A stretch of 64,000 nt of DNA from Octopus vulgaris (Eukaryota), in assembly GCA_951406725.2 (NCBI GenBank), contig OX597817.1, forward strand, positions 81,158,001 through 81,222,000, in the 5' to 3' direction. Shown here in pieces: positions 1 to 13,399 of this stretch. The translations under genes and the position numbers were made by a program. A model generated the notes under the pieces. The model saw only the letters and a program-made list of their open reading frames with translations, was not told where the DNA came from and searched no databases. How positions within the stretch are numbered: position 1 is the stretch's first letter; each line of letters opens with the position of its first letter.

Positions 1-1100
1 CAACCACAGTACTCAACTGTACTTATTTTATCGACCCCGAAATGATAAAAGGCAAATCTACCTCGGCGAAATTTGAATTCAGAACGTGGAGACTGACGAA
101 ATGTCACTAAGCAGTTTGCCCGGCGTGCTAATGAAGTAGAAGACACTTGCCCAAGGTGCCACGCAGTAGGACTGAACCCGGAACCATGTGGTTCGTAAGC
201 AAGCGACTTACCACATAGCCATTCCTGTGTAATTTAAACTCAGAACATAAAACCGGAAGAAACGCCGCTGCACATTTTGTCTATCGGACTAAGTTTTCGG
301 CCATCTTATCCACCAACCTTTACTATTCGTTTCAAATTTTGGCACCAGGCCAGCAATTTCGGGGTTGGAAGTACGTCGATTACATCGATCCCAGTGTTCA
401 ATTGGTACTTATTTTGTCGACCACGAAAGGTGTAATTTGAACATGGAGCGGAAAACCCGGAAGCAATGCCGCGACGCATTATTCTCTGACGCGTTAACGA
501 CTCTGCCTGCTCGCAACCCTCCACCAACCTTTAATATTAATTTCACAATAATCATTTCTTTGTTTTCTTAACTGGCCACAAGGGTGACGGATGAAGTGTA
601 GTGGAGGTGGGGGCATATTGCAATAAAGAAAAGAACGTTACATCTTACAACTTTCTGATAAACATAGACATAAGATTAACGATTTTATATCTCTCTCTTT
701 TATCCAAACCATGCAAGTAATTTTATACAAACTCTTTAATTATCGACTTCGTAGTTGCGTTGTTGTTCGTGTATATACTAAGTAAAAATATTAATAAAAA
801 CAAGCTATTTTTTTCTAAGTTTGATGTATCATTAGTCGGTTAAGATATAAGGAGGAAGTAAATTAGAACATTGGTAGAATCGTTAGGATATCAGACAACT
901 TGCTGAGCGGCATTTTCTCCCGGTTCTTTACATTCTGAATCCAAATTCCGGACGAAGTCAACTTTGCCTTTCATCTTTTAGTGATTGATAAAATAAAGCA
1001 CCAGTCAAGTATTGGAAATCGATGTAAGCGATTTGCCGCCTCCCCTAAAATTGCTGGCATTACGTCAAGGTAATAATTGTTATTATTATTAATGCGGCGA

Positions 1101-1677
1101 AGGCGGCGAGCTGGCAGAATCGTTAGCACGCCGGGTGAAATGCTCAGCAGTATTTCGTCTGTCGCTACGTTCTCAGTTCAAATTCCGCCGAGGTCGACTT
1201 TGCCTTTCATCCTTTCGGGGGTCGATAAATTAAGTACCAGTTACGCACTGGGGTCGATATAATCGACTTTATCCGTTTGTCTGTCCTTGTTTGTCCTTTC
1301 TGTGTTTAGCCCCTTGTGGGTAGTAAAGAAATAGGTATTTCGTCTGCCGCTACGTTCTGGGTTCAAATTCCGCCAAGGTCGACTTTGCCTATCATCCTTT
1401 CGGGGTCGATTAAATAAGTACCAGTTACGCACTGGGGTCGATGTAATCGCCTTAATACGTGTGTCTGTCCTTGTTTGTCCCCTCTGTGTTTAGCCCCTTG
1501 TGGGTAGTAAAGAAATAGAAATAGGTATTTTGTCCGTCTTCACGTTCTGAGTTCAAATTCTACCGGGGTTGACTTTGCCTTGCATCCTTTCGGGGTCGAT
1601 AAATTAAGTACCATTTGAACACTGGGGTCAATATAATCGACTATCCCCCAGACCCAAATTTCAGGCTTTGTGTCTAT
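1101..1677 (+). mobile_element. tRNA-derived Nin-domain-like SINE, triple-body concatemer (representative of a very abundant family)
   Basis: Head GGCGGCGAGCTGGCAGAATCGTTAG, B box GTTCAAATTCC, core GCCTTTCATCCTTTCGGGGTCGATAAATTAAGTACCAG; many other copies (e.g. 12500-12713, 19234-19430, 48333-48800, 59025-59212). Confidence 0.85.
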
Positions 1678-2476
1678 GAGATCGATTTTGCCTTTCATCT
1701 TTTCGGATCGATAAAATATGTACCAGTGGAGTTCAGGGGTCGATCTAACCGACTTAACCTCTCCTCCGAAATTGTAGGCCTTGTACCAAAATTTGAAACC
1801 ATTATTAGGGCAGCGAGCTGGCTAAACGAAAAGCTTAGCGACATTTCGTCCGTCTTTACGTTCTGAGTTCAAATTTCACCAAGGTTGATTTTGCCTTTCA
1901 TCCTTTCGGGGTACCAGTCGAGTGCTGGACCCAATGTAATCTACTAGAGCCCTTCCTCCCAAATTTCAGATCATATACCTATAGAAAAAAAAAAGCAATT
2001 ATTAAGGCAGCGTGCTGGCAGGATCGCTAGCGTGCTGGCAAAATCGCAGTGTGTTGGCAGAATCACTCGCGCATCGGACAAAATGGTTAGTGACTTTTCT
2101 ACAGGAGTCAATTTTGCCTTTCATTCTTCTGGGGTCAATCAATTATAATATCAGTGAAGTAATGGGTCGATGCAACCGCCTAACTCCATTCCCAAAAATG
2201 ATTAATCTTGTACCAAATTTTGACACCATTATTATTATCTCATGGCTCTCACTTCAAATTCTTTGTAAGTGCAACTGTTTTCCCAGATACAGAGAAAGCA
2301 AATTCGCTTAAGGATACTTTTATTTAAATTTATTTTATTTTACTTTTCGTTTGGCTTGTTATTGTTTTAATGTTCCTTAAAGAAAAGGGATAAGTTCTAG
2401 TGTAATAGTTGTTGAAAATAATGTTAGATTGCAGATAGAACATTGCTTAAAATATAAACTAGAATATATGTATACG

Positions 2477-2480
<4 letters not shown>

Positions 2481-2539
<59 letters not shown>

Positions 2540-2799
2540 TTATATACATAGGATGTTACTTCCGGACCAGTACCACCACGTGACTTGACCTGGACATCTG
2601 GAAGCCATCTTGAATTTGTTTCAAATCACATCACCATTCTAAAGATAGCTGACGAGATGGGCTCGACCTTGGAGACCACGAAACTTTAAGCTGGCATTCG
2701 AAAATTATTTTTTTCCATCTTGTTTTGCATTTATGCGCTTACACGTATATGTTTAAACATACATAAATACATACATACATACATACATACATACATACA

Positions 2800-2831
<32 letters not shown>

Positions 2832-2840
2832 CAGACAGAT

Positions 2841-2930
<90 letters not shown>

Positions 2931-3094
2931 TCCATCTCTGTAATCATATCTATTCGTCTATGATGACGTTAAGCATGTACGTATGTTCGTAGCTGTGTAT
3001 GAACATCTGTATATATGGACAGACGAACGGACGGGCGGGCGCATGGATGGATGGATGGATGGATGGATGGATGGATGGATGGATGGATGGATGG

Positions 3095-3130
<36 letters not shown>

Positions 3131-3162
3131 ATGGATGGATGGATGGATGGATGGATGGATGG
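2481..3162. repeat. Microsatellite cluster (CA)n, (CATA)n, (GATA)n, (GGAT)n
   Basis: Seen directly; representative of the dozens of SSRs across the window. Confidence 0.97.
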
Positions 3163-3641
3163 ACATAAGCACAATCATTACGATCAACAATTTACTCGCT
3201 ATAAATCCACTGTTAAGCTTTATGATAACAACTCTGAACTGAAAATAAAGAATCGTTTCTATTATAGCAACGAAGATTAGCTGTGGTTAACCTGCTTCCT
3301 TTCATTCTACCGATAATATGGCGGAGATGTTGCAATAAATCTAAAATCTGCTGACTGTATTCATCCATTTTCTTTTTCTAAATGTGTTTAATTTATGTCT
3401 GTCTTTTAGAAAATTGTTAGACAATCGTCTCTTTATAATTCTCTTCCAGATTGGCTGGATGTATTGCTTAGTTATTATAGCGTATAGATTTCTACTAATT
3501 CACAAAGTAGCTAAATGTTATATTTCACAATTTCCTCATTACAAATAAACTTTACCTATCTTTCAAACTTTATATGATTGTCTTTCTCCACTCACAGACC
3601 GAGCCCACTAGTTTCCTTGCATTCGGATTTTATCCTATTTA

Positions 3642-3916
3642 GTTTTTGATTTGGTTTACAAGATTCTTTATATGAGTTCGTGTGTTGAAGCATATTCTAT
3701 TGTGTCTGGGGAGAGTCAATTTCTTTTTGTGCCTTATAATTTAACACACTCACCGGTAAAATTTCCACTTATTTCTTATTTTTATTTTCCTAAAATTTTC
3801 GTTGCGTCTTGAAACCTTTTCCAATAGTCTAAAAATAAGAAATAATAGGAAATTTTACCGGTGAGTGTGTTAAATTATAAGGCACAAAAAGAAAATGGCT
3901 CTCCCCAGACACAACA
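3642..3916. mobile_element. Retro-insertion with internal inversion (Penelope-like architecture)
   Basis: ~85-bp inverted arms 3700-3785 / 3830-3913; 17-bp flanking direct repeat GGATTTTATCCT(A/G)TTTA. Confidence 0.6.
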
Positions 3917-4061
3917 GGATTTTATCCTGTTTAAAATATTGGATTAGTGCAAATATATTTCAGTGAAGTGGTACGAATTTAATATCTTTTTATATAGAAT
4001 CTGTGGTTGTCATTTACTTTACTTCAGTCAACCAATAATTAAAATTTTGGCAGTTCTCCAC

Positions 4062-4130
<69 letters not shown>

Positions 4131-4143
4131 ATACACACACACT

Positions 4144-4185
<42 letters not shown>

Positions 4186-4961
4186 AACAAACAAACAAAC
4201 AAACGCATATACACACAAACACACATTTAGCATAAATCAAATTGGATCTCCTTCAGTTTCGACGATGAGTATCCAGTTGTTCAATCAACTGAACTAACTA
4301 CCAACTTATTTAATTGGCGTGAAGATGGTTGAGTATTCCACTGATGTAATTCTCATGCAGAATCAGTGTAACACAACGTATGACAAGGCTGGGCTTTTGA
4401 ATTGTGAGTACAATACATCAGACGGGATTCCACGCAGTTTCCATCTATCCAGTTTCATTCGAATTGCTTAGGTCGACCGACCCGAAGCTATGATAAAAGA
4501 CACTCGTCTCAGATATCTCTATGCGGAATCGAACTCGGGTACTCGTCAAAGCAAGGCGACCTGAACCAGTCGATCGTGCTGCACCTATAAACAGCACAAA
4601 GACACGCACGCACACACACACATAAACAGTGCAAAGTCACGTACACACACACTCATTCACGACACAAACACACATCCTAAAGACAGATATACATACACGC
4701 ACACTCGCACACACAGACGGTACATAGATGCACACACACACACAGACGGTACATAGATGCACACACACACACAGACGGTACATAGATGCACACACACACA
4801 CAGCACAATGACACACACATAAACACATATAGAGCAGAGTACAAAAACCTTATACACACAGCACACACACACACACACATTACTTCTTTAATACAAAGTA
4901 AAAATCAAACAGAAAGATAAGGAGGTTTACACAAACAGCTGACAATACACTCATACACACA

Positions 4962-5017
<56 letters not shown>

Positions 5018-5081
5018 GACTCACTCTGTGTGTGTACATGCATACATATATACATACATATACAGATAGATAGATTGCAAA

Positions 5082-5164
<83 letters not shown>

Positions 5165-5198
5165 AATAGATAGATAGACACGCACGCACATATGTGTG

Positions 5199-5258
<60 letters not shown>

Positions 5259-5382
5259 GGCATATGTATATATATACACACACATACCTTTCTCAGTGTC
5301 TGGTTGAGTGAGAATGAGTACATGTATGTGTGTTAGTCTGTTCGTGACTCAATATGTGTGTGTGTGTGTGTGCATGCGTCTG

Positions 5383-5505
<123 letters not shown>

Positions 5506-6531
5506 AAGTCTCTGCGGGTGAGTGTGAATGTATTTGTACGCTTAACTAGACGCACTTAGCTTTGTAGTTAAAAACTTCACTTCGCAATCACGAGTCCACA
5601 AGTTCGATCTCACACCGTGCGATTTTGGACAAATGTCACAGACCAAAGCCATAGCTCAACCCATGCCTAGTGAAAGAAATTAGGTCAAAAGAAACTGCGT
5701 GGAAGCCCGTCGCGTGAATTCTACCTGTAAATTAGATTAAGAGTATATATCTTAATCTATTCGCCTTTTGCTTGTTTCAGTCATCGGACTACGGCCATAC
5801 TGAAGAATTTAGTCGAGCTAATCGACCCCAGGTCTATGGAATACTCGTCCACTGAACACTATAATTCGATGAATAACTAGACCCAGTGGTTAGGGCAGCG
5901 GATTCGGGGTTGTAGGATCGCTATTTCGATTCACAGATAGGTCGTTGTGAGTGTTTATTGAGCGAAAACACCGAAAGCTCCACGAGGCTCCGACAGAGGT
6001 GAGGCGAACCCTGCTGTACTCTAATTCGGCAAGAGAGACCGATAGAATAAGTACTAGGCTTACAAAGAATAAGTCCTGGGGTCGATTTGTTCGACTAAAG
6101 GCGGTGCTCCAGCATGGCCACAGTCATATGACTGAAACAAATAAAAGGGGGAAAAAATCGAACATTTGGAATGCTGATTCTCAAAATCGACGGAGATCCG
6201 TATGTGAATGCGCGCAGGTATATGTGTGTGTGTATGGTTTATGTGTGGTTTGTGCGTGTATGTGTGTGCGCGTGGTTTGTATGTGTGTGTGTATTGTGTG
6301 TGTATGTGTGTGTGTATGTGTGTGTTTGTGGCGTGGATGCGTATGCGTGTGTTCTATGTCTGTGGTGTGTTCATATGTAGTTGTGCGCACGCGTGGACAT
6401 TTGTGTGTATCGTGGTGAGTGTGTGTGTGTGCGTACCATGTGTTTGTGCGTAGTGGTGTGTGCATGTATGTATGTGTGTGTGTGTTTGTATGTGTGGAAT
6501 ACATGTAAGGGGTATGTAGGTGTGTGTACCT

Positions 6532-6768
6532 GTATGTGTGTCTGTGGTGTGTAAGTATATACGTATGTGTGTCTGTGGTGTGTAAGTATATACGTATGTG
6601 TGTCTGTGGTGTGTAAGTATATACGTATGTGTGTCTGTGGTGTGTAAGTATATACGTATGTGTGTCTGTGGTGTGTAAGTATATACGTATGTGTGTCTGT
6701 GGTGTGTAAGTATATACGTATGTGTGTCTGTGGTGTGTAAGTATATACGTATGTGTGTCTGTGGTGTG
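6532..6768 (+). repeat. 31-bp minisatellite GTATGTGTGTCTGTGGTGTGTAAGTATATAC, ~7.5 copies
   Basis: Perfect units inside a GT-rich tract. Confidence 0.9.
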
Positions 6769-6925
6769 TGTGTATGTATTTGCATGTCCATTGTGTGCGT
6801 GTGTACATCCGTTGTGTGTGTGCATGCGTTTGTGTGTAGTTTGTGCGTAGGTGTGGTGTGTATGTATGCATGTACATGTATATGTGTCTGTGCTGGTGTG
6901 CGGTGACATCTGTATGCGTGTGTGT

Positions 6926-6964
<39 letters not shown>

Positions 6965-7023
6965 TATGTGTGTCTGTGAGTGAGGGCGTGTGTGGTGTAT
7001 TTGTGCGTATTGTTGTGTATATC

Positions 7024-7090
<67 letters not shown>

Positions 7091-7309
7091 GAGAGTGTGG
7101 GCATGTGTGGTGTATTTGTGCGTGGTGTCATGAGTATCTGCGTGTGCGAGTGGTGTGCTATGGCGTGTAGATGTGTGTGTGTGCGTGCGTGTGCGTATCT
7201 GTCTGTCAGTGTGTGAGTGTGTGTATGTGTAAGATGAAGTAATGTCGTTTTAGGGGTTGCTCGAAGTAGAACTTGAGAATACAGAAAATATCAATAATAT
7301 ATACAAAAC

Positions 7310-7630
7310 AAAAAAATGGCGGCGGTGACTAACAAACAGAAATACAGGAGAAAAATGTACTACTTTAAACTTCCGGTCAGACGGAAAGTAACGGAAATGG
7401 AACGGAAAAACCTTGAACAGAACAAAGGGATGTTTTAGTGGTGTTATATAAACAAATAAATATATGATAATCACTGCAATATTTAGTTAGAATATGTTAA
7501 ACATCGGTGAAAATACGACAGGATCAAGTAGAAAGACAACATTTATACAACGACATTTTTTTTCTTGGTTTTCGTATTGTCTGTTTGCTTATGACCGGAT
7601 GTGAACGAGAACGATAAATCACGTGATTGC
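7310..7630. promoter_or_regulatory. Candidate Pol II promoter
   Basis: Unique sequence with YY1 motif AAAATGGCGG, ETS-like ACTTCCGG, CGGAAA x3 and CCGGATGT, and E-box TCACGTGA. Confidence 0.35.
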
Positions 7631-8234
7631 TTTTGATTTATGTTCCTTACATTTTTTTATTTTGTGCGTTTTATTTTATTTTTTTTCATTTCGTTTTGTA
7701 TTGTTCTGCGCTTTTTACGTTTTAATTTTTCCTTTTTTTTTAGTCGTAGAATTTTTTTAAAGTTCTCTACGCGATTTTTCTTGAAGATTTGTGTGTGTGC
7801 ACGCGTATATGTGTATGTGTGTGTATGTGTGAGCTTGTGTATTTTCCATTTCTTCTAAGCTCTGAAATTTCCTCAGATGTTGACAAAGTTTGGTAAATTC
7901 TGTTATTTATATCGTCAAACCAGATTTTGAAGTCTCTACGATTAACCACTCGGAGAGAAAGTGACATAGAGGGAGGAGATAAGTAGGAAGGATGAAGACG
8001 GGAGATGAAGAAGGGATGAAGAAAGGGAGGAAATGAGGAGGAAGGGGAGGAGAAAGAGGAAGAGGGGAATGTGGAGGAGTGGAGGCGGGGAAGAGGGGAA
8101 GGGGAGAAGGAGGGGATAGAGCTGGAGGGGAAGTTGATGTAGGGGAGGGGCTGGGGCTGGAGGGGAGGGTTGGAGGGGAGAGGAGGGGTTGCTAGAGGAA
8201 GAGGAAAGAGGAAAGTGGGAGAGAGAAAGAGTAG

Positions 8235-8349
8235 CGGGCATGGGCAACCTTTTTTTTCGAGAAGCGGGCCGCATGAGATATAACTTGTCATTAGGCGGAC
8301 CGGCACTGCTATTCAGAAAGTCCTGCGGAGCGCTAGTTGTCCGTGACTG
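8235..8349 (+). mobile_element. Short hAT-like MITE
   Basis: CGGGCATGGGCAACC...AGTTGTCCGTGACTG imperfect TIR; related inverted copy at 10620-10689 shares TTTTCGAGAAGCGGGCCGCATGA. Confidence 0.5.
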
Positions 8350-8652
8350 AGTTAAAGCTTTCTTTGCGATGAAAAAAATATATATTAATGACTGTGTATA
8401 TTAGTTGCTGTAGCTTAATTCCTATCCAAGATTATGGAGATTATGGATTCCAGGCTTCCCTCCCCCCCCCCAGTCTTTGAAATTTTTGGCTGATATCCAG
8501 CGTTGCTGGACCCAAGATCGTGTTGAAGAAAACGAGGGCAAAGGATACAGTACAGTGTTAGCCACATTGACTTCAGTATTCAAATTAGTAGAGCAGAGAG
8601 AGGGGGAGAGGGGGAGAGCTAAGACTAAGGTTGAGCATGACATTCTCTAATG

Positions 8653-9445
8653 CAATAGATCTCAAAATGGGGCGAAAGCCCCACCGGTGGGAAAATTGTG
8701 GATGGGGCGTGGGATCCAAATTTTTTCTTTTTTCTTTTTAGTGAGACATGGAATTGCAAAAATCTTTTCTTCACAGCAAACTTACTGCAACTATACTCAG
8801 TCTAGCCCAGTGACTCACGCCGGGGACTAAAATGTCCCCTGATGGTCTATATAAAACTTTTTGGGGTCCACGCAACAAGATAGTAAAATGGGGATCTACA
8901 GTAGTATTTTAAGGGCCTCTGAAAAGATTTTGGTTTAGATATATGTATTGTTGAGTATTGCAAGAAACAGCTACGTTTCTTTCACTATAAAATTAGTTTT
9001 TAAACATCAAATGGTTATAGGAGTTCACCAGAATACAATAATAATCAGAGGGGTCCTTGTATAAGAAATGGTTAAGAACCCCTGGCCTGACCAAACCAAT
9101 CCCGCCAACCAGGCATACCGTGTGAAGACTGTTTGCTACAGTATACGCTGTTCTAATGCTACGGCTGATGCAAACAAAGATTTTCTCCTCGAATCAAAGA
9201 AATCTGAAGTCGTCACCAGGCACAAGGTTCTCATTAAAATGATTCAGTTTTTTTTTCTCAGTCAAAAATGTACTTTTTTTGTACTCAGTACTTAATAAAA
9301 GAGTTACTGGTAGATTTTTTTTTGTTTTAAATAATTATGGTAAAATATCAAAATTAAAGTTTTTTTGTTTTAAACCACCGGTGGGGCATTCATTTTTCTG
9401 GAAAGTAATAGTTGGGGCAGAAGGAAAATAGGTTGGAAAACACTG
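8653..9445. mobile_element. Non-autonomous hAT-like element
   Basis: Perfect 8-bp TSD CTCTAATG (8645-8652, 9446-9453); degenerate TIRs CAATAGATCTCAA / CAGTGTTTTCCAA; probably contains a nested second MITE ending GGTTAAGAACCCCTG near 9083. Confidence 0.8.
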
Positions 9446-9854
9446 CTCTAATGTTTTCTTGGCGAAGAACTGGAAGAACTGAGCGTCGGAAAATCTGTTT
9501 GCGTTATTTGTTCTGGTTCTTTACGTTGAGTTTGAATCCCATCTAGTTCAACTTGGACTTTCGGGTTCAACAAAATAAACAACCATTCAAGGACTGAGAT
9601 CGGCGATATCGACTTAATCACTCCCCTCGAAAACTGATAGCGCTGTACCTACATCAGAAACCATTAATGAATGTGGTACCTTCCAGATATTTTAAGATTG
9701 TAGATGTAATTTTAAGATTTGGCTCTTGTTTTTAGCTGGTCTAGCGACCGCGTAAAGGTGTAACAGTGGTCTAACAGGAGTCTAACAGCGGTCTTTCTGT
9801 AGCACTTACATAGCCTTACTTGCCTTTTGGGTCTTCTGGATACCAAGGCCTTTC

Positions 9855-9914
<60 letters not shown>

Positions 9915-9931
9915 GAGAAAGAGAGAGAGAG

Positions 9932-9967
<36 letters not shown>

Positions 9968-11294
9968 GGAGACAGACGGAGACAGACAGACATACAGACA
10001 GAGACAGACAGACAGACAAAGACAGGCAGACACACAGACAGACAGATTATGTTGCTAAGATCACATAATATGCAAATAACTCTTACCGTTACTGCTAAAA
10101 TACCAGCTGGCTAGGAATTCTTTCCGTTTGCAAAATTATAATGGGTTTGTTTGTCCTGTGATGAGCGAGCAACTAGCAATGTAAAAGTCAGGGTAATTTC
10201 CTTTATTCTTCAGTGTGTGAAGAGAATAAACAAATGTATTCACATCTGTTTAAAGTTACCCAACAAAGGCTGAAGTTGTACTGCTTTAAATTTGATGTTT
10301 GAGAGAACTTGAAATCATTCTTTTTTCAAGCAGTGGATTTCGAAGCAAACTATAAGGCAATAAATAATGGCGTATAAATATTGGGTCAAAAACCCCTTTG
10401 GATAGAGAATTAAAAAGCTGCCAAAGACAATTACTTTATATTCATTTTAGTTTTATCATTTTTAGTATATGCTGGGTTATACATAAATACCTATTAATTA
10501 TGTAATCACTCAGAAACGAGGTTATGAGCGAAAGTATTTCTGTATCATTCTATATTTCATTTTCTATTTTCTGTATACGTCTATTTTATAGACAAATTTT
10601 ATTTTATTTTTGCTTTTTGTAGTGCAACAGGCCTGATGATGAATCATGTTTCATGCGGCCCGCTTCTCGAAAACGGTTGTCAACACCTAGTGTATACTAT
10701 GCAAATTAGATAAATACATATGATGGGGTAAGAAGAATCTTAATCAGAAGTACAATACAAAATACTAGATCTGGACCGGATTCGAACCATCATTCTCTAC
10801 TTCTATACTAAAACAATAATGTGTGCTACTAGATGGAAAAAAAGTATAAGAGAAGGAAAATGACATTTCATTGGAATGATACAAAAATACTGTATTAATG
10901 ATAGGAAAAAGTCAAACCTCATTCTGAACCTGGAATTAAAAGTACGAAGAGGTTCATTACGGTTTCTGACCATAAACAGCCTTTGGGGACCTGGCTCCGA
11001 GTTAGAGTAATTCTATTGCACAACAATGTGTTAGTTTCTTCCATAATAAGGTCTCTCTCTCTTTCTTCTCTGTCCCTCTCTCTCTCTCTCTCTCTCGGTT
11101 TCTCTCTCGCTCTCTCTCTCTCTCGCTCTCTCTCTCTCTCTCATGCCTTCCATTTATCTCACATACACTCATACATACACGCATATACGTATACATTTAA
11201 ATAAGCGCAAATATGTACACATACGTGCAAATACACATGTTTACATATATGTATATAGTTATTCATATGTTTACGTACTTGACATACACATATG

Positions 11295-11340
<46 letters not shown>

Positions 11341-11568
11341 CACACAAAATATATATATATATAGACATACATACATGTATGTGTACGTATTCATATATTC
11401 ATGTTGATTCATATATATGCGCTTGTATAAATTGAGTTGTACACTTATACATACGTATGTGTATACACATGTGTATGTATACATATACGTATGCATACAT
11501 ATGTATATGTGTGTATATCGATACATACAAGCGTATTTATACACTAAACGCACACACATATGCATATG

Positions 11569-11615
<47 letters not shown>

Positions 11616-11679
11616 AGAGAGAGAGAGAGAGAAAGAGAGAGGGGGAGCGATAGAGAGTGACAGAGAGAGAGAGAGAGAG

Positions 11680-11750
<71 letters not shown>

Positions 11751-13399
11751 GAGCGAAGAGTGAAAATGAAAGTGAAAGGAGTTGCGCTAGATAGCGGCCA
11801 ATTTGTTGTGAATGCATGCATGTACATGTGTATTTAACAATATATGTATATTTAAATGTGTTTAAATACATATGTATGTATATATGTGTGTGACTGCGTG
11901 CGATTTCGTTTCAGAAGGTCGGGGTTTTTTTTCTCTTTTCGCTTTTATTTAAGTAGGAAAGTTAGATTTTCTTATATACCTCTTAATCTGCTAATATCTG
12001 CCCTCCGGCTCCAATAATTACAATTTAGTGACTAAACCAATGAATCATGAGGCGAGATGGCCGAGGGAAGGACGAGGGATACCAGCTGATTTGTTAAATT
12101 AAGCCGTTGTTAGGGCAACCATTCATCCATAATGGTTAGGTAAGGTTCTCTTTTTTTTCCGACCTGTGATAAAATCTACTGAGAAACAACGAAAGTGAAA
12201 ATGAAGTTCAGAAATTCCTAACAGCATTATTAACTCTCAATAATAATAGCCGATATAAATGTTGTTTGGCTGGTTGGTTGGTTGGTTAGTTGGTTGTTTC
12301 TTCTAGTCACACTTTACATCGTATTGGGAGAAGGGTAGTGAGATTAACTGGTAGATACAGAGAGAGTGTACATAAGGGGGGGGGAGAATGAATGTTTTAT
12401 AACTCTCTGAAAACTCCACGACTTTAATGAAATTTTGCAGTGATAGGTTTTTGATAGAGCAGACTGAGATTATGTTGATAGAATTTAGAAAAATAATGAT
12501 TTCAAATTTTGGAACAAGGCTAGCAATTTCGGAGAAGGGAATAAGTCGATTACATCGACCCCATTGCTCAATTGGTACTTATTTCATCGACCCCAAACGG
12601 ATGAAAGGCAAAGTCGACCTCAGCGGAATTTTAACTCAGAACGCGAAAACGAACGAAATGCCGCTAAGCATTTTTGCCCAGCGTGCTAACACTTCCACCA
12701 GCTCGTTATCTTAAAACTTAAAAAATTTAATAACATATATTTATTGCAAATATACAAATGAGAATTTTATTTTATTCAATTATATTTTAAGGTAATAAAT
12801 ATTTTTCTTTTAAAAGTTGGTATTCATTTTATTATTTTGTATAACACCAAAATAATTGATTGAGTTATTGTTTTATGTAAGCTATAATTCATGATATTAC
12901 CCATAGTGACAAAAGTATGTATACTTCCAAATTTATCCGTTATAGGATGGATAACACTCTAGTTTAGATATAATTACCATTCAGACTTTAATGAAAAATT
13001 TTAAGACTTTTCAATTGATTAAATATTAATTTTTACATTAGTACAAGAGAATGATTTAGAGACGAGAAGTGTAGTTGACTGAATTCTGTTACAAATAAAA
13101 TCTAATATTTATTTGATCAATGACGCACAAGAAGGAAAATATTAAGTTGAGCCTCGTTGAAGTTGAACTCTATAAGTGATGATGGAGAATCGAAACTAAA
13201 CACAATAATTCATTTAATCCAGTCCTCTATCATTTTTGCCACCAATAAAGAGGAAACATTATGTAACAAATTACAAGACTAAATCTTAATTCTATAGCTA
13301 TTGAGTGGTAGGGGAATATAGTTAATATAAATGATCCTGGAATAATATTAGTAGTCATTTTATCTGGTCCTGCCTATGTATTTCCTGAGAGATGTGTAA

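Noticed and set aside
7767-8306. 179-aa Pro/Ser-rich ORF
   Set aside because: It derives from a GA-rich low-complexity tract plus a MITE.
10632-10680. CTGATGA...CGAAAA hammerhead candidate
   Set aside because: It has no convincing stem II or stem I and lies within a hAT-type MITE end.
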